Shown here: positions 38,101-50,100 of the stretch, piece by piece
How positions within the stretch are numbered: position 1 is the stretch's first letter
Layout: the number at the start of each line of letters is the position of its first letter
NCBI GenBank assembly: GCA_950097015.1
Contig: CATNEN010000039.1
Coordinates: 7,936,001 to 8,000,000, forward strand
Length of the DNA stretch: 64,000 bases
Reading direction: 5' to 3'
Source of the DNA: Macrostomum hystrix
Lineage: Eukaryota; Animalia; Platyhelminthes
Position numbers and translations under genes: made by a program
Notes under the pieces: model-generated
The model's database searches: none
What the model was told of the DNA's origin: nothing
The model's input: only the letters and a program-made list of their open reading frames with translations

Positions 38101-40139
38101 CTATGCATCACATAGAGTCAGAATTTAATTCAACTAGTCATGTCATGTCATCTGTCTATTGCCAAAACCATTGAGTTTGAATCAGAGCCAACTATAGTCA
38201 ACCCACCATTTTTCTATGGCTATAACTCTAAATGTGGACAGAATCAATAGGCATTGAAAAGGGTGCGCCATCATTTTGTCTACAGTCATTTAGTATGCTG
38301 GCAAACAAAATAGCTTTTTTGAAAAAGTAAGAAAACTGTAAGAAAATAATTTTTTAAATGAAACATTTATTTCATTAAGCCTATAAAAGTGTATTTATAA
38401 TGCTTAACATTTACATAATTTTAGGAAACATTTTTTACTAGTAGCATTCATTGAAATTGTCTAATTTTTTTTTACCTGTCTTTTTCATAGACTATTCAGA
38501 AACTATTCTTAGTCTTTCAGCTACTTTCTGCTACTTTACATTTTGAGTATTTGCAATTACAATAGGTCTATATATTTAAATAAATTATGTCTAAGTCAAA
38601 AGAAACAAAGTTAGAAGGAGACCAAATGGATTGAAATGTTTGGTTCAGGATTTGTGTATTTAAAGGTAACTTATTAGCTCTAGAACTTTCAGAAAAATCC
38701 TAGCATTCTAACAAATTATTAATTATATTCAGATGCTTACAGTACATTTCAATTACAATACAATACATTACAAAGCTTGATGGGATAATTAGTTATTCAG
38801 ACTAATGTCTACATTAGCGGATAAATGGACTCCATAATATATTGACAGACAAAACCACTATATTGTATATTGGCAGACAAAAAGATGGTAGATGAAAAGA
38901 CCAATCTTGAAAAGTATTCTAGTCAGTTATTGCCTTAGTTTTTGAACTTTGAACATTCACAAAGGATAAGAGTGAGCTATCCAGAACAGAATGGCACCCA
39001 ATACATTAGTAGAGCCACCACCAAAAGTACTCTTCAAGATGACTCTAGAACAAAGTAGGCCTATCAGATGTGCCATGCATGTTCCAAAATTTCTGCTTTG
39101 CAAAGGGCTCAATTTAAAAACTTTGGTTTTGGTGATAGACAGATGACATGGTATGACTAGTTGAATCTAATTAATACTCTATGGGACATGTAATCACAGA
39201 TTCAAACTTTATAATAATTATACAAAACAAAGTGCAATATTGCTGTAAGTTGAGCTATTTCAAAAAATTAGGACAATCTTCTAGTTTAGCACAAAAAAAT
39301 AATAAAGGTGACAATTTGAATTTTCTTAGGTTTAATGCCAAAAATAGAAACATTATTTTTTGACTAAACTGTTCAAATTGTTGCCAAAATTAACCTTTTC
39401 AACTTAATGATGTTTGTTTTATTGCACCTAAAAATATGTTATATTTATTATATTATGTGCACCCTTATCTACCATTCTATACATACTAAATGTTTTCTTG
39501 CTAGAAATGTATCTTGTGGCCCCAATTATTGTTATAATTTAAGGAAATTTTTTCAAGCTATCCATTATTTGTAAAAGAGTTGAATAAATAGTAGACTAGT
39601 AATAATACAATATTTTCAAATATCATTCTCAATAAATCACCCAGTTAAATTTTTTATTTTCTTTTGAATGTTTTGAATAAACAAGAGATTTATTGTGAAT
39701 TAATCAGAATAAAACATGTTGAAATAACAAAAAGTGTGTATTCTAATAATAAAAAGGGAAGTGTTTTACTAGGCAACTCTGATCCATAATAGCCTGAAAT
39801 AACTGGATTAGTGAACTTAAACCAGTACAATGCTTGGTAGATATGTAGTATAGTGTAAATATGTAGTGTATTAATTAAATTAGGTGTCTTGCCACCCAGA
39901 CGCAATATAAATGTTACTATATTAGTATATAAAGTGTGTTACTATTGAATATTTAAGTTAATATAAAGTGTGTTAATGATTTAAATCAAATAAAGTAAAC
40001 AAACTGTGGTAAATCCCAATTAGAGGAAATGGCCTCCCACAGTTGGATTGTTGGCAAACAGAGTTTCCATAATTTTTATCTTACTTGTAAAGATTTGTAA
40101 AGCACATCTAAAGTTTTCGGCTGGCATTTGCTATCTGGC

Positions 40140-40345
40140 TTGGGGAGTCATTCCCATACTGAATTACCCCTGCTGATGCTGGTACTTATTAAACAGCTGA
40201 GTGAACTGAGTCAAAGCAGAGTTTCATGTCTTAAGGAGTTGTTAAAGGATATGAATTGTTCGTTCCAGTGGAGTCAGGAATCGAACCCCCGACCTTTTGG
40301 TGGTGAGTGACGTGAGTCTGACACAAACCAATCGGCTACAACCTC
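40140..40345 (-). mobile_element. tRNA-derived SINE remnant with CORE-like central domain
   Basis: Minus strand: A box GTAGCCGATTGG (40339-40328), B box GGGTTCGATTCC (40288-40277), then ATCCTTTAACAACTCCTTAA...CTCAGTTCACTCAGCTGTTTAATAAGTACC resembling the CORE domain. Confidence 0.65.
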
Positions 40346-41720
40346 TCGTTAGCTCTAAATTAGAGGGAAACCCTGGATACAAATTTACAAATAAAAAATT
40401 AAAATTTAATATAATCTTTGCCTTTACATTTAAGTTTTGTTTACTCTTTTTGCTCATAATAGTTTGTAGTTAAGCTGGTTAAACTGTTCATGTATTAACC
40501 CAAAATATTTAAATTTTAATCTACCCGAGAAGTCTGTAGTTATTATGTGCTCTAGCTATGCTGAGCACTAAGCAATACTCTGTCTCTGTCTCGACTCATT
40601 TCAAGTTGTTTAAGCTGCGGGTTGCTGAGTTCTGCAGACTGCTGGGTTGGTTTGGGTGATGCCAAATTATAGTACTTTTAGGGTTTTCATTCTAAAGATC
40701 ACGCCATATATTTATTAGATAAGTATTCGGCACTGCTCCAGCCTCGACCCTTATTATCAGGGTTAGCGCGCCCCACTTAGCGAGTTGGCGAGCTCCTATT
40801 GTCCTTTTGTTATATTGTGTCTTATTCCGAGCCAGAAAAGCCGAGCTATGATGAATGGAGAGTCCGTCCTTAGCTGGGATGCGACAACAATGAGCTGTGG
40901 CCTGTGGCCTGTGTGAATCGCTAGGCTAGCCTTCTTAATCAAGACCCTTTTTAATTGTATTCTATTTCGCATATACTTGATTGACTAGCAATGTGAGCGC
41001 ATTTCTGTGGTTTCGCTATCCTATTTTGTAACTAAATTGTTACACCAAAGCGCGAGGTTAGACATTGTTCGTAAATAATTCGAGAACCATTCAAGCCAGG
41101 AGAGATACGAGTTCTTCGGCATTTAACAATCGGAGTTAGAATTAGGAGAAAATCTTTAAAGAAAGAAGCGGTGCTTACTAGAATGTGAGACAAGTTTTGG
41201 TTCAGATCATGACGTTCAAATATTCGTGAAAGATTTGTTATCAAGGATTAGATGCCCACTGTAATACTAGTGATGATAGTTAATCACCTACTTAAAGATT
41301 CGTAAAAGAGATAAAAGCTTTTAAATATTACTCATAATTATAGGCCTTAAATATTTGTTTAAGGCCTATAGTATAGAGGCTTGCTCAAAGATTTGTAATG
41401 GGTATTAGAGGCCTACTCTAGACTCGTAAATAGGATTAGCGCCCAACATGTACTCAGAGACTCAAAGTGGAAAATTGTACCCTGATCTACTGAATTATAT
41501 CAGCCAGTAGGCAATCAGCTAGGAAGAATTGATATTGCACAAGTAAACTAAAGTGCATTGTTAGAAATCTACAAATAAGTATGCTATTTTAAAAATATAT
41601 ACGGGAAGACCTGATGTCTCAAACTTGCCGATTATGTTTAGCTTCAGCGCAAAAATAAAACAAAAAATCTTGACAAGAACCGGACAGACTACCAGATAGA
41701 CCAGAAACAATTGTGCAAGC

Positions 41721-43453
41721 ATGACTAAGCTGACCAGAGTCGAAGAGGAGGAGCCGGACAGGGATAATCCGTTTCGGCCGGGCAGTCAGCTTGATCGCGA
41801 GGCGGATTCCATTCTGCGTGGCTCGCACATTTCGCGCAATTCAATTCAGCTCGCTGGCGGTGTGGACAGCAAAGAGACTGTCGACATTAGCGCCATCGAA
41901 GCCAGTGTTGGAGACAGTCTGCTGTCGGACTTTTTCCAGACTCCGATCGCGGTTGGAGCTCAGAATCCACCGCAGGAAGAGCAGCAGCAGCCGCGGCGCA
42001 ACTCAAAGGGTCACGTGCGCATCAATGAGGACACCGTGTACATTGTATCACCGGATACTGAGGTTTGATTCTTAAAGATAGTATTTCTAGGTTTTTAGCC
42101 TATAGCTCTTTTGTCCAGGTAGCTTTTCTAAATTTGGGATTTCCAGGTAGTTTTACTGAATTTTTGGATTTCCAGGTAGTTTTACTGAATTTGGGATTTC
42201 CAGGTAGTTTTACTGAATTTGGGATTTCCAGGTATTTTTACTGAAGTTGGGTCCAGGTAGTTTTACTGAATTTGGGATTTCCAGGTATTTTTACTGAATT
42301 TGGGATTTCCTTGTAGTTTTTACTGAATTTGAGATTTCCTGGTAGTTTTTACTGAATTTGGGATTTCCCGGTAGTTTTACTGAATTTGGGATTTCCCGGT
42401 AGTTTTACTGAATTTGGGATTTCCCGGTAGTTTTACTGAATTTGGGATTTCCAGGTAGTTTTACTGAATTTGGGATTTCCAGGTATTTTTACTGAAGTTG
42501 GGATTTCCAGGTATTTTTACTGAATTTGGGATTTCCAGGTAGTTTTACTGAATTTGGGATTTAATGGTATTTTTACTGAAGTTGGGATTTCCAGGTAGTT
42601 TTTACTGAATTTGGGATTTCCAGTTATTTTTTACTGAGTTTGGGATTTCCAATTTTCCAGGTAGTTTTACTAAAGATGGGATTTCCAGTTTCCAGGTAGT
42701 TTTACTGAAGTTGAGAATTGCGGGTTGTTTTTTCAAATTTGTTATTTTTAGCTTGATATCCATACGCTACGAATTTTTACGTTGCTATCCTGAAGTTTAA
42801 ATTATCTTAAACTTATCTTAATTAGTGCTAATTTGTGTATAGGGGTGTATGAAACACCAGCGCTTATGGGAAAAATCTGACCTCCAGAAACATTGAATAT
42901 CTGGACGGTCTGAAGAGCTGGCGACTTGATTATTGTTTCAGAAGATGCGCAACAAAAAGTTGACCCGTGCTTATGAGTTTCGTGTGCTTGCGTTGTTCTG
43001 TTCGGGTGCAGCAAAATAATTGTCAGGGCGGGGGGGAATTCCTCTTTATTCAATTTGTTCTCAAATCCCAGTGTATAATGCCTAATTATTTTTCGACGCC
43101 CCGCGCAGGTGACCACGACAGTCATTGCTGACGACGGTGAAGATGATGAAGAAGAGGAGGAGACACAATTCAAACAGAGCAGAAGCAACGGCACCTCTTC
43201 CGAGGCAACTAACGGGCACAGTTCGCCAGTTCAGGCGACGCCTCCTTCTAGCAGCAGCAACGGGTGCCGCGATGCTGCCGACTGCAGCATGATTGAAGTG
43301 CAGGTGAAGGCTGCCACTCTGAACGCGGCCTCGCCATCAATTGCTGAGACAATTAGCTTGGCTGACGCTAAGAAGACTCAGCGAAGATTATCGGCTAAGC
43401 AGCAGCAGAGAGGTGGGGTTGTTGCTGATAAAGCTTGCTGCTCCGTAATGTGA
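41721..43453 (+). CDS. Uncharacterised low-complexity protein with NPF motif and C-terminal CCaaX prenylation signal
   Basis: Exons 41721-42062 and 43109-43453 (GAG|GT...CGCAG|GTG, phase 0), 228 aa; DNPFRPGSQLDREAD near the N-terminus; basic stretch then KACCSVM-stop. Confidence 0.8.
42135..42710. repeat. 28-29-bp intronic minisatellite (TTTCCAGGTAGTTTTACTGAATTTGGGA)n
   Basis: Tandem array inside the CaaX gene intron. Confidence 0.93.
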
Positions 43454-44314
43454 CTCCGCAGCCGCCCTAGCCTTGTGCCTGTCCTTTTTATTTTCCAAGT
43501 GTCGCGCTTGCACTTAATTTAGAATTTTCCAGAAAACAGTTATCAACGCAAAATGTAGGCCTGCCTCAACTTGCGCTCTATATTCAGTACCGTCATATAA
43601 TTTTATTTTCTTACCATTTTTTATTACGTTTAATTTGTCATTTTGAATATTCAGCCGTTGCACCGGTCAATGCATAGGTATGTAAATGTATTAAATTATA
43701 TTATTTTTCTATCCCCTTTCTATTCTCTTGTACCCCAATCCAGTGCTTGTCATTCATCTGATAATTTGTCACTGAGTTGTCTCCTCTCTGGTCATATTTT
43801 TAGCCAGCCTCTGTATGCCTTGGTAGGCTGTTGTGCTGAGAGAATGCTCCGTGTATTATTGTCATCTTTCTATTTCCTTCGCGTTGAATGATAAAGGTTT
43901 AGTTTTTTTCGTTGCTATGCTAGATCTAGGATTAGATGTCCTTTTTCGTCTATGCTACTTTTAGTAGCTCTTTTAAGTAATATCTTCGCCTTGATGCCAG
44001 GCCGGCTCAAGAGACGCTTTGTTGCATTGTTTTGTCTTTAGAAAGAATATATTTTTTAGTGCGAGTTCGGTATATAGAAGCGAAGTGTGCCAGAAAATTA
44101 TCTCTTTTCGTGTAATGCTTTTCTATCAATCCACCAAACAGGTTGCTAGCAGGGTTTAAAAACGCTTTCCTTTCTTAAGCAGTCAAAGCTTACTTTTTTT
44201 ACTAAATAAGGACATAGGCCGAGTAACAATCTTTCTAGAAGCCATTCACTTTAAAAATATTATCTAATGAAATAAGTTTAACCCATTCTTCCAAGTTTAT
44301 TTGCACCTGATTGA

Positions 44315-44742
44315 TAAACCCCCATTCTTCCAATGTACATTGGCTCCCGCCTGATAGAGCACCCACCCCATTCTTCCAATGTACATTCGCTACCGCCTGA
44401 TAGAACACCCACCCCATTCTTCCAATGTACATTCGCTACCGCCTGATAGAACACCCACCCCATTCTTCCAATGTACATTCGATCCCGCCTGATAGAACAC
44501 CCACCCCATTCTTCCAATGTACATTCGCTACCGCCTGATAGAACACCCACCCCATTCTTCCAATGTACATTCGATCCCGCCTGATAGAACAGCCACCCCA
44601 TTCTTCCAATTTACATTCGCTACCGTCTGATAGAACACCCACCCCATTCTTCCTATGTACATTCGCTACCGCCTGATAGAACACCCACCTATTCTTCCAA
44701 TGTACAGTTGCTTATCACTCATGGAACACCCACCCCATTCCT
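44315..44742. repeat. 46-bp minisatellite (CATTCTTCCAATGTACATTCGCTACCGCCTGATAGAACACCCACCC)n
   Basis: Tandem period of 46. Confidence 0.94.
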
Positions 44743-45492
44743 CTAAAATAGTGCAACGAAGTAGCAGCTATTTTTTTTCTCTGACAGGACGCTTTCACAG
44801 TAAGTAGACTGGAAAGCTTCTGGTCATTTTTGGAGCTTTCCTATGTCCTGATCTGCAAATATTTGTCGTGCTTTTAATTTATAAGGCGATATTTATTCAA
44901 ATTTGTTGTCAAGCAAGCAATCAATTCGGCAATTAATATATTTTTCGCTCGAAATCGGACTGCAATCGGTGTTAATGTATGCCTTCCGTATTTGGCGACC
45001 ATTTCGTTAGTGTAGTGCATTTTTTTTCACTTTTTTGACACTGGTGAAGCAGTTTGACTCGCCTAGCAACCAGTCAATCGCTTTCTGACTCTTTTTTTAA
45101 TTAAGTTGCACCTCTTTCATATTTTTTTAGATTTCAATCTCCTAAAATACTTTAGTTGTTACTACAACTAAAACATGCGGAACGAAGCTCTATGCTTCTC
45201 ATCTACTTCCCTTTTAGCTGAACACTCATGCTTTGATGGCCCGGATATATCCTCCATTTTTTACTGTTGATTATAACTAGCAAAGTGCAATGCTTTTCTC
45301 TAGCGCAAATATTGTAACTACCTTTGTTAATATTTGTAGTCGTATATTGCTTATTTCATGCTTAAAGTATAAATATTTTTCGGCGTGCCTCATTTCTGTG
45401 CAGATGCTGCTTCATTTTCCTTTTTCAATTATTTATCTATTACGTTTAAGCACACTAGATTAGGTTAAACAATGTTTTGCTACTAGTTATTG

Positions 45493-46522
45493 CCCTACTC
45501 ATTCTGTCCACCTGATCTTGTCCCACTCATTCTGTCCACCTGATCTTGTCCCACTCATTCTGTCCACCTGATCTTGTCCTACTCATTCTGTCCACCTGAT
45601 CTTGTCCCACTCATTCTGTCCACCTGATCTATTCCCACTCATTCTGTCCACCTGATCTTGTCCTACTCATTCTGTCCACCTGATCTTGTCCCACTCATTC
45701 TGTCCACCTGATCTTGTCCTACTCATTCTGTCCACCTGATCTTGTCCCACTCATTCTGTCCACCAGATCTATTCCCACTCATTCTGTCCACCTGATCTTG
45801 TCCCACTCATTCTGTCCACCAGATCTATTCCCACTCATTCTGTCCACCTGATCTTGTCCTACTCATTCTGTCCACCTGATCTTGTCCCACTCATTCTGTC
45901 CACCTGATCTTGTCCCACTCATTCTGTCCACCAGATCTATTCCCACTCATTCTGTCCACCTGATCTTGTCCTACTCATTCTGTCCACCTGATCTTGTCCC
46001 ACTCATTCTGTCCACCTGATCTATTCCCACTCCTTCTGTCCACCTGATCTTGTCCTACTCATTCTGTCCACCTGATCTTGTCCCACGCATTCTGTCCACC
46101 TGATCTTGTCCCACTCATTCTGTCCACCTGATCTTGTCCTACTCATTCTGTCCACCTGATCTTGTCCTACTCATTCTGTCCACCTGATCTTGTCCCACTC
46201 ATTCTGTCCACCTGATCTTGTCCCACGCATTCTGTCCACCTGATCTTGTCCCACTCATTCTGTCCACCTGATCTATTCCAACTCTTTCTGTCCACCTGAT
46301 CTTGTCCCACTCATTCTGTCCACCTGATCTATTCCCACTCCTTCTGTCCACCTGATCTATTCCTACTCATTCTGTCCACCTGATCTATTCCCACTCCTTC
46401 TGTCCACCTGATCTTGTCCTACTCATTCTGTCCACCTGATCTTGTCCCACTCATTCTGTCCACCTGATCTTGTCCCACTCATTCTGTCCACCTGATCTTG
46501 TCCTACTCATTCTGTCAACCTG
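45493..46522. repeat. 28-bp minisatellite (CCACTCATTCTGTCCACCTGATCTTGTC)n
   Basis: Tandem period of 28. Confidence 0.96.
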
Positions 46523-47120
46523 CGATTTCACTGTTGTCGAGATCCTTATTCCAGTATTAAATATAGCTCGTAGAATAACATTCTGGTGAACAATTACTGA
46601 CCTGTTTGCCAACGTAAGAGCAGTTCTGTGCTCCCTGCATTTTTCTAGTCAGCGCACATTGAGTTATAGCTATGCACGAATGGCTAGTGGGACCATGCTT
46701 ACTCTCTAACCAGCATGCCTTGATCGCATGAATGCCTTATCTGTGCCGGCTGTTTAAGTCAGCCAATGCAGTTTATTTTGCAAGATAAGAGCTAGCGTAC
46801 TGAAAACCAGGCGATGCTATAAATAGATTTTCATTTCGCAGAATTGGTCGCGTTTTTGTGTCATGCGTTCAAAATTGCCCTTATTTTCCAATTTGCAGTT
46901 ACGCAAGTTCTCTTATTCGACCATTATAAAGCTAAAACATAAGGGTAGAAATTAAGCAAAAAAACTAGCTCGTATCTCACATCGAAGAGAAAGAAACACA
47001 AATAACACTAGAAAACGGCCCTCTTAAGTCTCAAAGTTTCGTGTTATTCAGCGCGTTTTCCGGTGCAGACAACTAGAGCAAGTCATCGGTGGTTAACTAG
47101 AAGGGCTTGTGAAAACAATC

Positions 47121-50100
47121 ATGGGTCAAAAAGTGTCGCGAACCGACTTCGAATGGGTCTATTCTGAGGAGCCGCACGCCACTAGAAGGAAGCTTATTCT
47201 TGGTGAGTCTGCTTGCTTTTCTCTGAAGTCATGGTCTAAAACACCCACCTTATTCTTTGAATTCCCTGACTGATGAAACATCCACCCCATTCCTTGATTG
47301 TACTCTCTTTTCCGAGTGATGAAACACCCACCCATTCCTTAAATGTTTTCTTTTACCCGACTGATGAAACACCCACACATTCCTTGCATGTACTCTCTTC
47401 CCCGACTGATGAAACACCCACCCCATTCCTTGCATGTACTCTCTTCCCCGACTGATGAAACACCCACCCCATTCCTTGATTGTACTCTCTTCCCCGACTG
47501 ATGAAACACCCACCCCATTCCTTGATTGTACTCTCTTCCCCGACTGATGAAACACCCACCCCATTCCTTGCATGTACTCTCTTCCCCGACTGATGAAACA
47601 CCCACCCCATTCCTTGATTGTACTCTCTTCCCCGACTGATGAAACACCCACCCCATTCCTTGCATGTACTCTCTTCCCCGACTGATGAAACACCCACCCC
47701 ATTCCTTGATTGTACTCTCTTCCCCAACTGCTATCATCCTTCGCACTGAATCCTCAGCCGACCACCCCGAGATCAAGGAGCTGATGGGTCCAGATCCGAG
47801 GCTCAAGTGGATCGTGCTAGGCATGGTGACATTCCAGCTGGCCTCCGTAGTCGCAATAGCCCAGCTGAATCCGCCCTGGTGGCAGGTGCTAATTGCTGCT
47901 TATATCTTGGGCGGCACAATAAATCACTCAATGACGCTGGCCATTCACGAGATCTCCCACAACCTTGCCTTCGGCCACTCCCGCCCAATGGCCAATCGGG
48001 CTCTGGGCATCTTCGCGAACCTGCCTATTGGCATTCCGTACAGCGTTAGCTTTAAAAAGTATCACCTTGAGCATCATCGTTACCAAGGCGACGACTCGCG
48101 AGATATGGACCTGCCCAGCCGGCTGGAGGGCAAACTGTTCAGCAACAGCTTCACTAAACTGATCTGGCTTTTCCTGCAGCCTTTGTTCTACAGCATCAGG
48201 CCGCTTGTGCTCTATCCCATGCCAATGAGCACACTTGAGCTTATAAATATTTCCATTCAGTTTGGCTTCGATGTGTTGCTTCTCTACTTCTTCGGCTTCA
48301 AGGCTCTGTTCTACCTGGTGGTTGGTACGCTGCTGTCTCTGGGAATTCACCCGGTTGCTGGGCACTTTATCTCCGAGCACTACATGTTTAAGAAGGGTTA
48401 CGAGACCTATAGCTATTACGGCCTGCTTAATTGCATCACTTTCAATGTTGGCTATCACAATGAGCATCACGATTTCCCATCTGTTGCCGGCTCCCGACTG
48501 CCCAAGGTAAGCAGCTCAGATTAGCGCTATGGCAATGTTAGCAATGAACTAGCTACTTCTGAATGCCACCCAACTAAGATTAGTTTCAATCAGCATCATA
48601 GTTGGACTTTAGGTGAATCAGCTGCAGCCAATCAGAATCCTAGTTGGATCTTAGTTTGATCAGATTCAGCCAATCAGAATCCTAGTTGGATCTTAGTTTA
48701 ATCAGCTGCAGCCAATCAGAATCCTAGTTGGGTCTTAGTTTGATCAGCTGCAGCCAATCAGAATCCTAGTTGGATCTTAGTTTCATTAGCTGCAGCCAAT
48801 CAGAATCCTAGTTGGGTCTTAGTTTGATCAGCTGCAGCCAATCAGAATCCTAGTTGGGTCTTAGTTTGATCAGCTGCAGCCAATCAGAATCCTAGTTGGG
48901 TCTTAGTTTGATCAGCTGCAGCCAATCAGAATCCTAGTTGGATCTTAGTTTCATTAGCTGCAGCCAATCAGAATCCTAGTTGGGTCTTAGTTTGATCAGC
49001 TGCAGCCAATCAGAATCCTAGTTGGGTCTTAGTTTGATCAGCTGCAGCCAATCAGAATCCTAGTTGGATCTTAGTTTCATTAGCTGCAGCCAATCAGAAT
49101 CCTAGTTGGGTCTTAGTTTGATCAGCTGCAGCCAATCAGAATCCTAGTTGGATCTTAGTTTGATCAGCTGCAGCCAATCAGAATCCTAGTTGGGTCTTAG
49201 TTTGATCAGCTGCAGCCAATCAGAATCCTAGTTGGATCTTAGTTTGATCAGCTGCAGCCAATCAGAATCCTAGTTGGATCTTAGTTTCATTAGCTGCAGC
49301 CAATCAGAATCCTAGTTGGGTCTTAGTTTGATCAGCTGCAGCCAATCAGAATCCTAGTTGGGTCTTAGTTTGATCAGCTGCAGCCAATCAGAATCCTAGT
49401 TGGATCTTAGTTTAATCAGCTGCAGCCAATCAGAATCCTAGTTGGGTCTTAGTTTGATCAGCTGCAGCCAATCAGAATCCTAGTTGGATCTTAGTTTCAT
49501 TAGCTGCAGCCAATCAGAATCCTAGTTGGGTCTTAGTTTGATCAGCTGCAGCCAATCAGAATCCTAGTTGGATCTTAGTTTAATCAGCTGCAGCCAATCA
49601 GAATCCTAGTTGGGTCTTAGTTTGATCAGCTGCAGCCAATCAGAATCCTAGTTGGATCTTAGTTTCATTAGCTGCAGCCAATCAGAATCCTAGTTGGGTC
49701 TTAGTTTGATCAGCTGCAGCCAATCAGAATCCTAGTTGGGTCTTAGTTTGATCAGCTGCAGCCAATCAGAATCCTAGTTGGGTCTTAGTTTGATCAGCTG
49801 CAGCCAATCAGAATCCTAGTTGGATCTTAGTTTCATTAGCTGCAGCCAATCAGAATCCTAGTTGGGTCTTAGTTTGATCAGCTGCAGCCAATCAGAATCC
49901 TAGTTGGATCTTAGTTTGATCAGCTGCAGCCAATCAGAATCCTAGTTGGGTCTTAGTTTGATCAGCTGCAGCCAATCAGAATCCTAGTTGGATCTTAGTT
50001 TCATTAGCTGCAGCCAATCAGAATCCTAGTTGGGTCTTAGTTTGATCAGCTGCAGCCAATCAGAATCCTAGTTGGGTCTTAGTTTGATCAGCTGCAGCCA

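Noticed and set aside
47265-47728. CTGATGAAAC in each unit as a tandem minimal hammerhead ribozyme
   Set aside because: No stem II between CUGAUGA and GAAA and no pairing for stems I and III.
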